Assembly: GCF_009914755.1 (NCBI RefSeq)
Contig: NC_060947.1
Source of the DNA: the human T2T-CHM13v2.0 reference genome, Homo sapiens
Length of the DNA stretch: 64,000 nt
Reading direction: 5' to 3' (one strand)
Shown piece after piece: positions 16,325 to 35,545 of the stretch (positions are counted from its first letter, which is position 1; every line of letters starts with the position of its first letter). The notes beneath the pieces were generated by a model that searched no databases, was not told the origin of the DNA, and saw only the letters and a program-made list of their open reading frames with translations. Position numbers and translations under genes: made by a program.

Positions 16325-16426
16325 TATCACCCCTTCAATATTTATATGTGAAAGCCAGAGAGGGCGCTATTAATATCACTCCTTAAATATTTATATGTGA
16401 AGACCAGAGAGGGCACTATTAATATC
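16325..16426. repeat. 49-bp tandem duplication in a MIR-like relic
   Basis: tatcac(c/t)cctt(c/a)aatatttatatgtgaa..ccagagagggc(g/a)ctattaa x2. Confidence 0.85.
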
Positions 16427-16887
16427 TCTCAAGAAGGAAGGGAGAAAAAAGAATCTCTTAAATCCATTTCCTTCATCTCTGCCCTAGTTTACTCTCTCTG
16501 GAGTGGATTGTTGCAACAGCTTGGTTTCTCTGCCTCCAGTTTCTCCCTGGGCAATCTAGCTTCTATACTGGACAGATAAACCTATCATATTTTCGGGTGG
16601 GGTGCAGGGGAGAGGCAGCCCTGACTGTGTCACTTCTACTTCAAGTTTTCACTAGTTTCCCACTACCTAGTGGATAAAATCCAAAACCCCTTAGCCTGAA
16701 ACATAAGCCTATTTGTGATTTAGCCCCCACTCACCTTTTCAAACTTCTTTCTTACTTGCTATGTTTCCCTTTAGAACCTTCCAAACTCTCTACCACTCTC
16801 CCAAACTGACATTCTTTCCTCTTTGTCTCGTCCTCTCTCACATGCCTGCAGGTAGAAATTCAAACAGCATAGAGAAATGAAAAGCAG

Positions 16888-17875
<988 letters not shown>

Positions 17876-18124
17876 AAACTCTTTAAGCTTTCCACACCCT
17901 ACTCCTATCCAAAGATAGACCTTCCCACCTCTCTGACTTAATCTCCTACTATTCTCTGTCCCCAACCCCCACCCCACAGTGATCCAGTCATAAAGAGCCT
18001 CCTTGCTGTTCCTAGAACATATGAGCTCCACCTTAGAACCTTTGTCCTTTGTTAATTTCTCTGTCTAGAATTCTCTTTTACCAGATATCTTGCTTCTTCC
18101 CTCAGTTCATTCATGTCTCTATTT

Positions 18125-18255
18125 ATTTCTTTTTTTTTTAATAGAGGCGGGGTCTCACTATGTTGCCCAGGCTGGTCTTGGACTCCTGGGCTCAAGCGAT
18201 CCTCCCACCTTGGCCTCCTTAAAGTTCTAGGATTACAGGTGTGAACCACCATGCC
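18125..18255 (-). mobile_element. FLAM/AluJ left monomer within an L2 relic
   Basis: Single antisense Alu monomer. Confidence 0.8.
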
Positions 18256-18931
18256 TCTATTGAATCGTTACCTTTCAGTGAGGCATTCGCTGACCTTTCT
18301 TGTCTACATTTGCAACGTCCTCCACACCTCCTTCTCTGCTTTATTATTTAGCACTTATTACCATCTAACATACTATACATTAGACTGATTTACTTGTTTA
18401 TTGCCCGTCTTCCCCCACTAGAATGTAAGTTCCATGATGGTAGTGATTTTTCAGCATGGCTATCTCCCCAGTACATGACAGAGTACCTGCTAGATCATGG
18501 ATTGTCAATAAAAATATTCATTGCGTAAAATTCAACAGGTGATAACCACAAATTCTGTTACATATTTCAGATTGCTTCTAGATTGTACTCTAATCATTTG
18601 ATTTGCTTGCCCTTTCTTTGGTAGAACAGTATTTTGTACTTGATGTGTGCTGCCATACTTTTGGCTTCTGTACATGCTGGTCCCTCTGCCTAGAATGAAT
18701 TCCTCTCACTGTGATCTATGTGGAGAACTCCTGCTCACTCTTTAAGTATTTGCTTAAGCTCCATCTTTTTGTGCTTCCCTTCCACTCTCCCATAGCATTT
18801 CTGCTTTCTGCCATTGTATTTATCACTCTGGGCCTTGATAGTATATTTATACATCTGCTTCCCCTACTAAACTGTAAGTACCTTGAAGGACTAGGAATTA
18901 TTGATGGTGGCATCTGCGGTTCCTAGCATAG

Positions 18932-19286
<355 letters not shown>

Positions 19287-19574
19287 AGAAAAACCTGGAT
19301 ATGAATCCACCTTTGCCATTTCCTAGTGTGATCTTCAGCAAGTTACTTCACTTCCTGTGTCTCAGTTACATACCTTGTAATACAGGCATCATGATACTCA
19401 CTGCAAGGTGTTATGGTAAAAATGCAATGAAATAACTCTGCATGCTAGAACAAATTTGTGGACCTTTAGATATCTCACTTGCTCCTCCTGGCTCCTCCTG
19501 AGGGAAATAGGGCAGGTATTATAAGCTTCATTTTTCAGAAGAATCAATAGAGGTCCAGAAAAGAGAAAGTTCAT

Positions 19575-19878
<304 letters not shown>

Positions 19879-20691
19879 GAAAGCTCATTTTCTAAGGTTG
19901 CAGGGTAAATAAGCGAAAGAGCCAGAACCCAAATCGGAATCTCCCAAATTGGAGGTTTGCTGTCTGCCAGGGAAGTGGGAAGGGTGTGGACTCCAGGGTT
20001 CCTGGTTTCTAAGCCAGCATGTGGGTATTGTGTGTTGCTCTTAGAGAAGACTGGCACCTCCTGGACAGCATGACCTGCTCCACCAAGGGAAACAGAGTGA
20101 AGTCCCCCTTTGCCTCCAGATCCTCCTTAGTACAGGGATTCTTGGCTACCTCAACATCTTAATCAGGAAGCAGAAGGCAGTCCCTTACTATTTGATGTCG
20201 GAGGGAGTAGAAATTTAAGAGCTTCCTTTCATGAGAGGTAGCTGAAGGCTAGGCCTGATCTGGGAGGATTCTGAGAGGGAAGGTAAGCACGGGAACCATT
20301 ATACACAGGACTTACTGTTTGCCAGCTACTTTCTCACGTATCCATTAATTCAGATTATAAACATTTACTGAGCACCTACTATCTGCCAGGTGCTGTGCTA
20401 GATGCTAGGGGTGCCCCAGTGAATGAGACCAGAAAGGAAGGACACACATGGCAAACAGGTGACAATCATAAAGAACACATGGTAGTCTTCTTATTTTATG
20501 GATAAAGAAAGGGGGTCTTAGGAGGGGACATAAATTGTCAACATCACACAGCTAGTGTGGGGACTCAAAATGCAGATTTGTTCATCTTTAAACTTGATAC
20601 ACTTTCCATTACACCACCCCACCTCCCTGAATCTGCTGCCTCCAAATCATTTCCCTCACGTTCCTGTTTCAGCACTCAAAATGTCACCATT

Positions 20692-20997
20692 GGCTGGGCG
20701 TGGTGGCTCAGGCCTATAATCCCAGCACTTTGGGAGGCCAAGGTGGGTGGATCATGAGGTCAGGAGTTTGAGACCAGCCTGGCTAACATAGTGAAACCCC
20801 GTCTCTACTAAAAATAAATAAAAAAAAATTAGCTGGGCATGGTGGCAGGCACATGTAATCCCAGCTACTCGGGAGGCTAATGCAGGAGAACGCTTGAACC
20901 TGGGAGGTGGAGGTTGCAGTGAGCCGAGGTAGTGCCATTGCACTCCAGCCTGAGCAACAAGAGTGAGACTCCATCTCAACAAAACAAACAAACAAAA
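20692..20997 (+). mobile_element. Alu
   Basis: Full Alu; TSD CAAAATGTCACC. Confidence 0.92.
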
Positions 20998-21258
20998 TGT
21001 CACCGTTAGAGAGATACTTCTGTGGGATAACACTAGCTTCTCCAATAATTCACTATTAAAATATCAGAACAGCATACTCCGTGGCCTGATATTATCATAT
21101 CTCAGTTTATCAGCTTTAATTTATCAGTCTAGTAGGAAGCAGAGGGGAGTGGGTAGCAGATGGTGAGTTCTGATGGAGGGCAGAGAAAGGAGGAAAGGTA
21201 TGATAGCCTAAATGTACTAGAAGGAAATATGTATTAATAATTTTATAATCTTAGCACA

Positions 21259-21557
<299 letters not shown>

Positions 21558-21680
21558 TCTTGGCATAAGACAGAAATAATAAAATAAGTATTATTTTAGT
21601 GGTACAGTTGACTACATAAATGTAAAATAAAAATTATTTTGTGTTGCAAAAGTTAAAGCAAATTCAAAAGACAAATGATA

Positions 21681-21982
21681 GGCTGGGTGTGGTTGCTCAC
21701 GCCTGTAATCCCAGCACTTTGGGAGGCCAAGGCAGGCAGATCACTTGAGGTCAGGAGTTTGAGACCAGCGTGGCAAACATGGCAAAACCCCGTCTCTACT
21801 AAAAATACAAAAATTAGCTGGGCATGGAGGTGTGCGCCTGTAATCCCAGCTACTCGGGAGGCTGAGGCAGGAGAATCACTTGAGCCTGGGAGGCAGAGGT
21901 TTCAGTGAGCCGAGATCACGCCACTGCACTCCAGCCTGGGCAACAGAGTGAGACTCGGTCTCAAAAAAAAAAAAAAAGTGAA

Positions 21983-22027
<45 letters not shown>
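21681..22027 (+). mobile_element. Alu followed by (TA)n microsatellite (21983-22027)
   Basis: Alu consensus, poly-A, then ~22 TA units. Confidence 0.92.
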
Positions 22028-22031
<4 letters not shown>

Positions 22032-22237
22032 AGCATATTGACAGAGAGTAAAATGACTGATGATACCAAGTGTTGATGAGCATGTGGGGATAATAGCTCT
22101 TGTATCCATTTCTCATGGAAATGGAAGCTAGAAAACTGTCTCTGGAGACTGAAATCATGTATCAAAATTTAAAATTTGTTTACTGAGGAATAAATATAGC
22201 TAAGCGTGTAGAAATATATGCCTAAGGTTATTTATCA

Positions 22238-22590
<353 letters not shown>

Positions 22591-22776
22591 AAAACAACTC
22601 AGTGTCCTTTGTTAGCAGAATGGTTAAATAAACTATAATACATCCATGCAATGAAACACTATGAAGCCACATAAAATGGTGAAATAGACCTATATTAATT
22701 GGCATGCAAAGATGCCCAAGAATACTGTTGAGTGAAAAAAAGCAGGTTATAAACCAGAATGTAGAGTGTACATTAT

Positions 22777-22777
<1 letters not shown>

Positions 22778-22815
<38 letters not shown>
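22778..22815. repeat. (TG)n microsatellite
   Basis: Pure GT run of ~18 units. Confidence 0.95.
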
Positions 22816-22818
<3 letters not shown>

Positions 22819-23904
22819 CCTGGATTATACTAATAAATATATTATTTTGGAAGAAAGGAGGTACATTGGGCAGAGTCCGCCAGGGTCCAGGTTTGGGCAT
22901 GGCATACCACACAAAGCGACACAAGTCATAGACAAGTCACACAAACAAGTGACAAACTGGAGTCTGTCCAGAGGGAAGCAAGTAGGCTGAGAGGGAGTGG
23001 AACTCAAGTCAGGGAAACAGTTGAAGGATCTGGGCCAGAGAGAATGTAAATCTCAGGGAAACTGATTTTGACTTATATAAATGCAGCTCTTTGAATCCCT
23101 AGCTCTCCTGTGATTGAGTAGGCTGTCTAGCTAGGGACTGGGAGTGAGCTTCTCATCACTGAAGGTGTGTAAGGAGATGGTCAGGGAGTTAGATGACCTC
23201 TGAGTCCATTCTTTTCTAGTTTTTGAGAGGCTCAGACTTGACAAATGTGGACGTGCATGGCCTGCCTGAGGCTGATGGGAAAGTCAAGGGCAGGGGCCTC
23301 AGGGAAAAAAAACCAATGGGATCTGCTGTGAGTTAGAGCAAAGGCCAGTCAGCTTAGCTTCCCACCCCTATCCCCTCAGAGAGATCTCCCCTCCCTAGCC
23401 ACCCCATCCCACTCGCTTCTCCCTTATCTCAGAGCATCTGACCTGTGGAAACTGCAGGTCTTCTAGCCCTTAGATTAGAATTCCTCCCTCCTCTTCCCTT
23501 CTTCTGAGTCAGAGAGCTTAAATTGGCTCTGTTATTAGGGTGAATAGGTAGGTGGTTACCTAGGTGGTGTGATTCCCAAGGGCACTAGACCTATTCCCTT
23601 GTTTCAAGATACCTCCCCAATGTCTGATTTTTCATTAGTGCTTTGTACTTTGAATCTTGAATGCTTTCCAAAATTCCTTTGCAAAAATGCCAATGATTCC
23701 GGGAAGAGGATCACCTTAAGCTGCCAGGAAAGGGGAGGGGTAGGGAAGGGCTTCTGTATTCTGCACAGGACTGCTTCTGAGTGTCTAGAGGAAGATTTGT
23801 AGGCTGGGAGGCTGGGCAAGGCAAGAGTGGGAGGAGACGTTTGGGGAGGGGTTTTTCTATTCAAGGGCCCAAGTACTCTGTGGTTAAATCTTAGAACCAG
23901 CTAG

Positions 23905-24100
23905 GCTCCATAGTTCCTAGGCCCAGCGCACATTCGAATCACCCAGAGAGCTTTTAAAAATATTGATGCTAGAAAGTTCTAGCAACTGTACTCAAGCTAG
24001 AAAGTTCTAATTTAATTGGCCTGGGGTGGTGTCCAGATATAGTTGTTTTTATAAAACTTCCCAAGTGATTCTAATGTGCAGCCAGGGCTATGAATCACTA
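23905..24100. mobile_element. MER5-type hAT DNA transposon relic
   Basis: gaatcacccagagagcttttaaaaa...ttcccaagtgattctaatgtgcagccaggg...gaatcact is typical of MER5. Confidence 0.7.
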
Positions 24101-24281
24101 AACCAAGAGAAGCCTAGTTAGATGTAATCTAGTTTGAGGGAGAAGAAAAAGGGGCTGGATTAGCTTCTTGGTCCCCTGTCAGGTGGGACCCACTGGGAAG
24201 GTATGGTATTACTCCATTGCTCCCTGGCTACAACCCATTGTCTCAAGGGTGATTGAGGGCTGGAAAGCTAATTACCTATGT

Positions 24282-24374
24282 AAGGTGACCTAACTTTCTG
24301 GTTTGCCTGGGACTTTCCTGGTTTTGAAACGGAAAGTTCTGCATTCCCAGCAAACTGGAAATGTTGGTCACCCT
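24282..24374. mobile_element. MER81/MER94-like hAT-Blackjack MITE
   Basis: Terminal inverted repeats AGGTGACC...GGTCACCCT with internal GGTTTGCCTGGGACT. Confidence 0.75.
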
Positions 24375-26347
24375 ACACAGGGTGACTGCAAGTATTTAGA
24401 CCTTAAGTTATTTGAGCACTGATTGGGACAACCACTTTTTTCTCTCCCTCAGTTTTCTCTTCTGTAAAATGGGGCCAGCTTTTAAATCCTTGTTCTGCCT
24501 CTCTCACTGGCTGCTGCAAAATGGAATAACATTAGCAAAAGGGCTCAGTGATATGTATAGCACTTCAGGATGGAATGTTATAAATAATAAGCAGTACCTG
24601 CCAGGCTGAAAAGGTCACAGGATGCTTGCCAATTAAATCTGTAACATCCTTTGTGGTGGTAGGCTGGCTTTCATATATTCTTTCCTTCTCTCCCATGAGT
24701 TCCTTTACCTTTTCCCCTAAATCCTAGGATATCAGAGCTGGAAGGGACCATAGACACTTCTTAGTCCTATCCCACCATCAAACAGATGGAAAGATGGAGG
24801 CCTAGAGAGGTAAAATAACTGATTCAAGATCATACAGTTTATTAGTGGCAGAGCTGGGGTTCAAACTTAGCACATCATTATGCCCAGCTCCGTCGTCTCA
24901 GAACTGCGTATCACTGACCAACCACCTCTCTGACCCCCATAATCCCATAAAAAGGACATTATGTTTTATTTATCCCACAAATACTATTTGAGTACAAAGA
25001 AAAAAGGAAGCTCAAGGGACAGTGGCAGCTCAGGGCAGGGGGAATCAAATTCAGACTGAGGAAGCAGCTATGGTCAGGGACTTCTCAGATGAGGTGAGCT
25101 GAGACTAGAATAAAAGTAATAGTTCTCCTGGTAAGTGGGGGAAGCCATTAGGGGAATGACATTCTAGGCAGTGGAAACATGTCCAATGACCCAGAGGAGG
25201 CAGACAACATGGCTTTTCAGTCCAATCCAGGGCTTGGGATTACTGGAGAGCAGGGTGATGGGACAAGAGATGAGACTGATCATATATGCCCTGTTAAGGA
25301 ATTTGGACTTTTCCCTGTAGGTGTCAGAACACCATGAAGGGATTTAAATAGCCACTCATAACTCCAGGGCAAACAGAGGGGGATTTTAAAAACAATGGAA
25401 AAGTTAGAGTTACCCCCAATCTCAGAACAGAGCTAACAATCACTCTTCTAGCACAAACTGCCAAGTACTGGAGCTGATGCCAAGCCCTGAGTCATCCCTG
25501 GGCTACTGGGCTGGGAGGAGGCCCAGCCCCACCCTCCCCTGTCTGGGCTTGGTTTAGGCTGAGCCATGTAGACTCCAGGCCTAGGCTGGCAGGCCTTCAG
25601 GCTATCCTTCCCCAAGTGTGCTTCCCAGGCTGCTCTGAGCCTGGAGCTATCAGGACCCTCCTCGCTTCTGATAGCTGATAGCTGGCCTCTGACAATGCAT
25701 CCCTCAAGGTCTCTGCTTTGATTATTGCTCTCATCTGTATCAGTGGAGTTTTTCCTACCTCTCTTCTGGGCTTCATGTAATGAACCCTCCTACTCCCAGG
25801 TCTCGATAGCACAGATTTTCCTTTCTTTCTGCTCCCATGGATTTTCCCTAAAGCATGTTTGTCGGGAGTTGAGTGTCCAAAGCATTGCGGGGGCACAGAG
25901 AAGAAAGGGAGTTTCTGTAGGCGGGGCGGGGGTGGTGGTGAGGGGGACAGCTTTTCTTTTCTCAGAAAATGACATTTGACTTGTATTGTGAAGAGTGAGT
26001 ATGAGTTGGTCAAGTGGAAAAAGATTATAAAACTGAGGAGCAGAAGGCTCAAAGACACAGAACTTTGAATCTATGTGGAAATGCTTAGGTGTGGCTCCAA
26101 CATAGAGGAAACGCTTGGTGAGGTGAAACAGAGCAGGGATGAAGGAGGAAACATTGAGATAAAACTGCCCAGCTGCCTCCACCTTGATGGTTCATGGGTA
26201 CCTCAAATTCACCATGTCCAAAAACTTCATTCTCTTCCTTCTGCTCCGCAAGTTGGTACTATTATAGGGCTTCTAATCACTAATTCCTATCTGTTCTGTA
26301 ATACCTCTTTAATCCCTCAAATTTATCCTCTTCTCCCCATTTCTAAT

Positions 26348-26537
26348 ATAGGTCTAGTATCCCTAATCCGAAAAGTTGGCACTCAAAAAGTTTCAGATTT
26401 TGAAGCATTTTGAATTCTGGATTTTTGGATTAGAGATGCTCAATTTGTATAATGCAAATATTCCAAAATTTGGAAAAATCATAATTTCAAAACACTTCTG
26501 GTTTCAAGCATATTGGATAATGAATATTCAACCTCTA
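26348..26537. mobile_element. Tigger4/MER46-like TcMar MITE
   Basis: TIR-like ends taggtctagtatccctaatcc ... ggataatgaatattcaacctcta; internal ggattagagatgctcaa motif. Confidence 0.7.
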
Positions 26538-27086
26538 CTACCATCCAAGTCCATAACTGAAGCATGAGTATATCTTTTCCTTTTGTTCAATAAAAACTGG
26601 GTGTCCCTTTTCACAGCTCAGTTGCATGTGACCTGTGGCTTCCATGTCTGTACTCTATTGTTAATAATTTCTCCTCTTTCATTTCTCCCCTCAACAGGGT
26701 TCCTCAGTTTTAACTTCCTGATCTTCACTTCTCTCATCCTGATTTTAAAGTTGTGTTTATTTAATTTTACAATTTTATTGCTTTCTTGTGGTGAGTTACT
26801 TCAAATCATTTGTGGAATGAGTTGAGAGATGAATGAGTTGAGAGATAGCTGGCCCAGAGGAGATAACGATAACATAGCTCACATCCTCATTATTTTTTGC
26901 CTGAGCTGTTACAATGGCTTCCAAACTGAGTTCTATATCCCCCATCTCATCTCATCCCCTCAATTCTGTCTTCCTTTGGCATGTGACATTATCTTTTCTA
27001 AAAACAAAAACCTGATCAAGTCACTTCCCTGCTTTAAAACTATAAGCAGTTTCTCATTATCCCGAGGATAACATTCAAGACCCCTA

Positions 27087-27403
<317 letters not shown>

Positions 27404-27594
27404 AACCCTAGTATGAGGTACAAGGCCCTTTGTGAATTCACCACCTCTCATTCACTCTTATTATAGACACTGGTTTTCAATAGAGATAAAAAGCAAACAC
27501 TGTTCCTGCCTTAATGAAACTTATGGTTTACTTGGGGAGACAGACATTAATCAACTCAAGACTCAAATAATTGTATATTTGCAAACTGTAGTAA

Positions 27595-27937
<343 letters not shown>

Positions 27938-28645
27938 AGGTGGTTAGTTCTCTAAGGACATGTGGTAGGGATCCTGACATATGGTGGGTTTTAGAGAGTT
28001 CCACAAGTAGTGATATTTGATCTAAAGGAAGGATTGAATTGGTGTTAACTAGGTAAATGGTGAAGGTGGGGAAACATGTGCTCCCCTGCAGAATGCATAG
28101 TATGCAAAGACCTTCATGGGGGATGGATTGGAGGAAGCATAACACATTTTAGAGATGGAAAAATGGCTAGTGTGGCTGGAATGCAAGCAGTGACAGAGAG
28201 AGTTGGTAGAGAGAGGCTAGAGAAATAGGTAGGAGCCATACCATAAATGCCTTTTAAAGGCCATGACAACGATTCTTTTCATCATAAAAGCACAGGGGAG
28301 AAGCCATTGAAGGTTTTTAAGCTGGAGAATGACATGATTTTGCATATTGAAAATATTTCTCTGGCTTCTTTGTGGACAAATGGATGGAGGAGAGCCAAAA
28401 AGGATGTGGGAAAATCAGTTAGGAACCTGATGTAGTTGTCCATTCGACTGGGCTGGGACCAGGGTAGTGGCAGTGGACATAGAGAGAAGCAGACAGATTT
28501 GAAAGTTTTTAGAATGGCTCATTGATAGAACTTAGCAGTGGGTTGAAATGGCTGGAGGGGGTGGGGGGGGCGTGAGGAAAAAGAAGATATTAAAGATGAC
28601 TCTTAGATCTCTGGAAGGGGACAAGTTTGAGGAGAGGAATGATCA

Positions 28646-29490
<845 letters not shown>

Positions 29491-29673
29491 TCAACTTACT
29501 ACTTCTTTTTACTGGGAGGAAAAATGGTTGCCGAAAGGCAGAGTGTATTACTTCAGCAGGGAGAAGAAGGTAGACTGCTCAAGATATGGCCTAAGGGAAG
29601 AGACAACATGGGTCCAATGTGTACAACCTTGTGTGTGAGGGAGAAGTGCTGGTAGGTGGTAGCTTAAAAAAAT

Positions 29674-30115
<442 letters not shown>

Positions 30116-30472
30116 AAAATTGGGTACAGTGTCTGTCTGGAGAGCTGGGTTCCAGCTCACTGGCTATGTGGCCTTGAGCTGGGCTCATACTTTGTCTTTG
30201 CCTTTTCATAGTAGGACTAGGAATCCCTACCCCACCAAAGCAAGGAACAAATGAGATAACAAAAAAATAACACGTGAAACAGACCACTACCACCACCATC
30301 CACAAATAACATACGCACAAGCTCCTGGCACTGCACATGACACACACTAGGTGCTCCAGAAAAGGTTCTGGAATGAGAATCATCATTTCTCTGTATATAT
30401 AGGTATGAAAAAAAAAACGTGCACATTGTTGTGTGGATAGACAGGTGGTTAATATAGACTCCACAGGCCTCC

Positions 30473-30474
<2 letters not shown>

Positions 30475-30505
<31 letters not shown>

Positions 30506-30815
30506 GAGGCAGAGTGAGACTCTGTCACCCAGGCTGGAGTGCAGTGGTACTGCAACCTCCCCCTCCTGCAAACTCCCCCTCCTGGATTCACTGCAACCTC
30601 CCCCTCCTGGGTTCAAGCGATTCTTGCACCTCAGCCTCTCAAATAGCTGGGACCACAGGTGCATGCCACTATTCCCAGCTAATTTTTGTATTTTTAGTAG
30701 AGACAGGGTTTTGCCATGTTGGCCAGGCTGGTCTCGAACACTTGGCTTCAAGTGATCCACCCCCCTTGGCCTCCCAAAGTGCTGGGATTACAGGCATGAG
30801 CCACTGCACCCAGCC
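30475..30815 (-). mobile_element. Alu with internal triplication
   Basis: Antisense Alu; CTGCAA(C/A)CTCCCCCTCCTG repeated three times at ~30550-30610. Confidence 0.9.
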
Positions 30816-31127
30816 ATCAAGGGTTCCTTTTCTGAGAAATAAAAGATGTATGTGTTCTCAGGCTTCCAGCTTCTCTCCTACCACGTTCTGGCTGGGGAGG
30901 TGCCAGCCTCCTTTGGGCTCAGCCCCTTGGATGAAATGGCACCCCACATTAAGGGGCATTATGGAGGCAGGATCCCTAAGGCATGCCCAAGATTCATTCA
31001 TTTATTTAACCTAATATTAATTGAGGTCCTACTCTGTGCTGGGTGCTACAATGTATGCTGGGGCTATGATGGTGAGCAGAACAGACCTATTTCCTGCCCT
31101 CATCAAAATCATGATCTAATGGGGGAG

Positions 31128-31830
31128 TGTAATAGTTTACCATGTGTCCCGTAACAAATTATGAGTGGTTTAAAACAACAATTAATTTTCTTACAGTTCT
31201 GGAGGTCAGAAGTTTAAAATGGTCAGCAGGGCTGAGTTCCTTCTGAAGGCTCTAGAGAAGAATAAATTTCCTTGTCTTTTCCAGCTTATTGAGACTGCCT
31301 GCATTCCTTGGCTTATGGTCCCTTCTCTCTTCAAAGCCAGCAATAGCAGGTCAAATCCTCACACTGCATCACTCTGACATCCTCTCATGCCTCCCTCTTC
31401 CACTGTTCCACTTATAAAGACCGTTGTGATTACACTGTGCCCACGCGGGTAATCTAGGATAATCTTCCCATCTCAAGGTCAGCTGATTAGTTACCTTAAT
31501 TCCATCTGCAACCTTAATTCCTCTTTGTAATGTAACATAATATATTAATAGGTTTTGAAAATTAGAGGCCGGGTGCAGTGGCTCATGCCTGTAATTCCAG
31601 CACTTTGGGAGGCTGAGGTAGGCAGATCACTTGAGTTCAAGCGTTTGAGACCAGCCTTGCCAACATGGTGAAACCCTGTCTCTACCAAAAATACAAGACC
31701 ACACCACTGCATTCCAGCCCGGGGGACAGAGTGAGACTCTATCTAAAAAAAAAAAAAAAGAAAGAAAGAAAGAAAATAAAATTAAGATATGGATATGTAT
31801 GTTCAGGGTGCCATTTTTCTGTCTACTACA
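31128..31830 (-). mobile_element. MLT1 (MaLR) solo LTR with an internally deleted Alu (31568-31780) inserted
   Basis: TG...CA ends, MLT1 motifs (cagttctggaggtcagaag, ggataatcttcccatctcaaggtcagctgattag); perfect 5-bp TSD GGGAG at 31123-31127 and 31831-31835. Confidence 0.85.
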
Positions 31831-31964
31831 GGGAGGTAGATATTAAACAAGTAAATACACAGATAAAATACATTATTTCAAACTATAAGTGCTGTGAAGG
31901 AAACAAATCTCTGAGATTGAGAATATGGTGCTCTTTTTGTGGGGGATGTATTCTATTTTAGTAA

Positions 31965-32374
<410 letters not shown>

Positions 32375-32380
32375 TAGTCA

Positions 32381-32509
<129 letters not shown>

Positions 32510-34098
32510 CTATGAGGTCAGAGCCCTGAGGATGGGAAGCAACCTCCCTAGGCCAGCAGGCAAGCCCATGACCCTTGGGATGTGCTGTGCTAATCCAGCC
32601 CCCTGGAAGATGGGGGCAACTAGAATGTGGAGCACCGGAAGGCTGGTGCACTTGCAGTTCAGTGATGCAGCCAGTCTGAGGGTTAATCAGGACAGAGACC
32701 TTTGCCCACAGAGCCAGGATGATTTCATCTCTATGGCAAGCATCATCAATCAATCAGGAGGCCTGGAGCTGGACAAGTTTTTGGGAGATGAGAAGATAAT
32801 GCAAGCCACAATCCTTGCCTTTAGGAGCTTTTGTTGGAGATCCAGAACCCATGTCACAGGAAGAGTAAGACCTCTCCAGTTTCCAGGTCAGCTTCTAAAG
32901 CTTCTAAACAAGAGAAGCTCTCATTTCTCCTGGGTCTCAGATCTGGCCCTGAGCCATGGTAGGTACTTGATCCAGGTCTGCTCTCAGCAGAGAGACCCAC
33001 CAGCAAGCCCCTGTAATTTTTTCTCCCTCCCTAAGAACTTCTCAGCTTCTATTTTCAGATGTCCCCCAAAGCAACAGGAGCATGGGATCATTAATCTTTT
33101 GTATTAACTTGCTTGATTCTTATTGCTCTTGAGTCTGGAGACCCAGTGGAAAGAATCCTAGCCTGGGAGTCAGGAGAACTAGTCTTTTTCCTGACCAACT
33201 CCATTCACTTCCCTTGGCCGTAGTTTTCTCACTTGTAAAATTGGGACACGTAGCCTAGATGATGTTAAAGGTGTAATATTTTAAGATTCTGATTTCTGTT
33301 TTTACTCTTTCATTGAGGATATGGGAGAGGTGGATTTAGGCGGTGATGAAGGACCATGCTCTAAGATTCAGAGGTTCTATGAGTTAAACATGGGGCTCTC
33401 TCTCTTCTCCCAAGCATTCTGATACTCAGAATAAATGGCTGGATGTCTTTGGAACCAGTCATATGGCAGTATATTTAGGACTTTGTTGGCCTGCAGAAAG
33501 TAGAACCAGACCTCTTGGCCCCCAGTCCCAAAGTCTTAGAGAAGTGGAGGCTGGGGAGTTGGGAGTGGTGTGTGTGTGACAGAAAACTGGAGAATGGCTT
33601 CTCATCTTCCCCTGTGGCATTATTTTGCCAACACCACATTCTCTGGAGCCACTGGAGAGGCTCAGGAACACATGATGTGGCTGGTTTGAAGGGGCACTTC
33701 AAACCTGGGGGATGGCCCCGCATTTTCCCCACTGAGACATAGCCACATATGGGCTCACATCTTCATGTAAATACATGGCTAGGCTGAATATAAACCAATG
33801 CCTTTGGTGTAGTGTGAAGTAGGGGGAAGTCTCTTAAAAATAGTTAGGAATGTTTGAGGCCTGTATTTCTCAGAAAAAAAATAATGTTAAAATGTGTTCT
33901 GGTCTGAGACTAGGGAGTAAAGAATGAGAAAAAGTGTTTTAGGAACGTAAGTGGTGGGAGGAAGGGGCTACTATACATTAGGCTGACTTGGAAATACAGA
34001 TTAGGCCGAACAACACACACACAAGCAAATGGGCACATAAACAGGCAAGCATGGGAGCCTGTTTGCTCCATGTGTATGTTATCCATGTGTATGGATAA

Positions 34099-34846
<748 letters not shown>

Positions 34847-35545
34847 TTGCAAAGACCCTTCTTATAGCCAACCTTATATATCCTCCTGGCCAAAAATATT
34901 GGGAGGTAGCTATTATTATTACCCCAATTTTTACAGGAAACTGAGGCTTGGGTTAATCAACTGATTTACCTAAAGTTGCTGAACTAGTTATTGGAAAAAC
35001 AGACTAAAACCAGGTGTTCTGTTTCCAAAATTTACTGCTTTCAAGGTGGCACTTTCTCTCTCTCTCTTTCCCTCATACATATACTAAAGAAAAAAAAATG
35101 TGCAGCTATCTTGCTATATATACATAAAGGCATATACGTATGAATAAAGCATATACACCACCAGTGGCCAGTAGGAGTTTTTGGGTTGTGCTCTCATGGA
35201 GGTCTTAGTAAGAGGAGAAGGGTCTGCTCAAAGCCCTGACCCATCCTGCTTTCTGTTCCTTGTCCAGTCACCTATGACTGTTTTTTCAGAGCGTTGTAGG
35301 TGGGAGCTTTTTATGCCAGGGTAATAGTTTTTATTGGCCCTGCTGAGATGAAGTCTTTTATCCCCATACCTCAACACTTAGGATGTGGGGAGTGGTGAAA
35401 AAATATATTATATTCCTTTTTTTTTGTCTGTCTCCCTCACTAGGTTGTGAGCCCTGTAAGGGTAGAAACTTTTGTTTTTTTCATGTCTGTATACACAGAG
35501 CCTAGTACAGTGCCTTTTGTGTAGTAAGCATACACACAAAAAATT

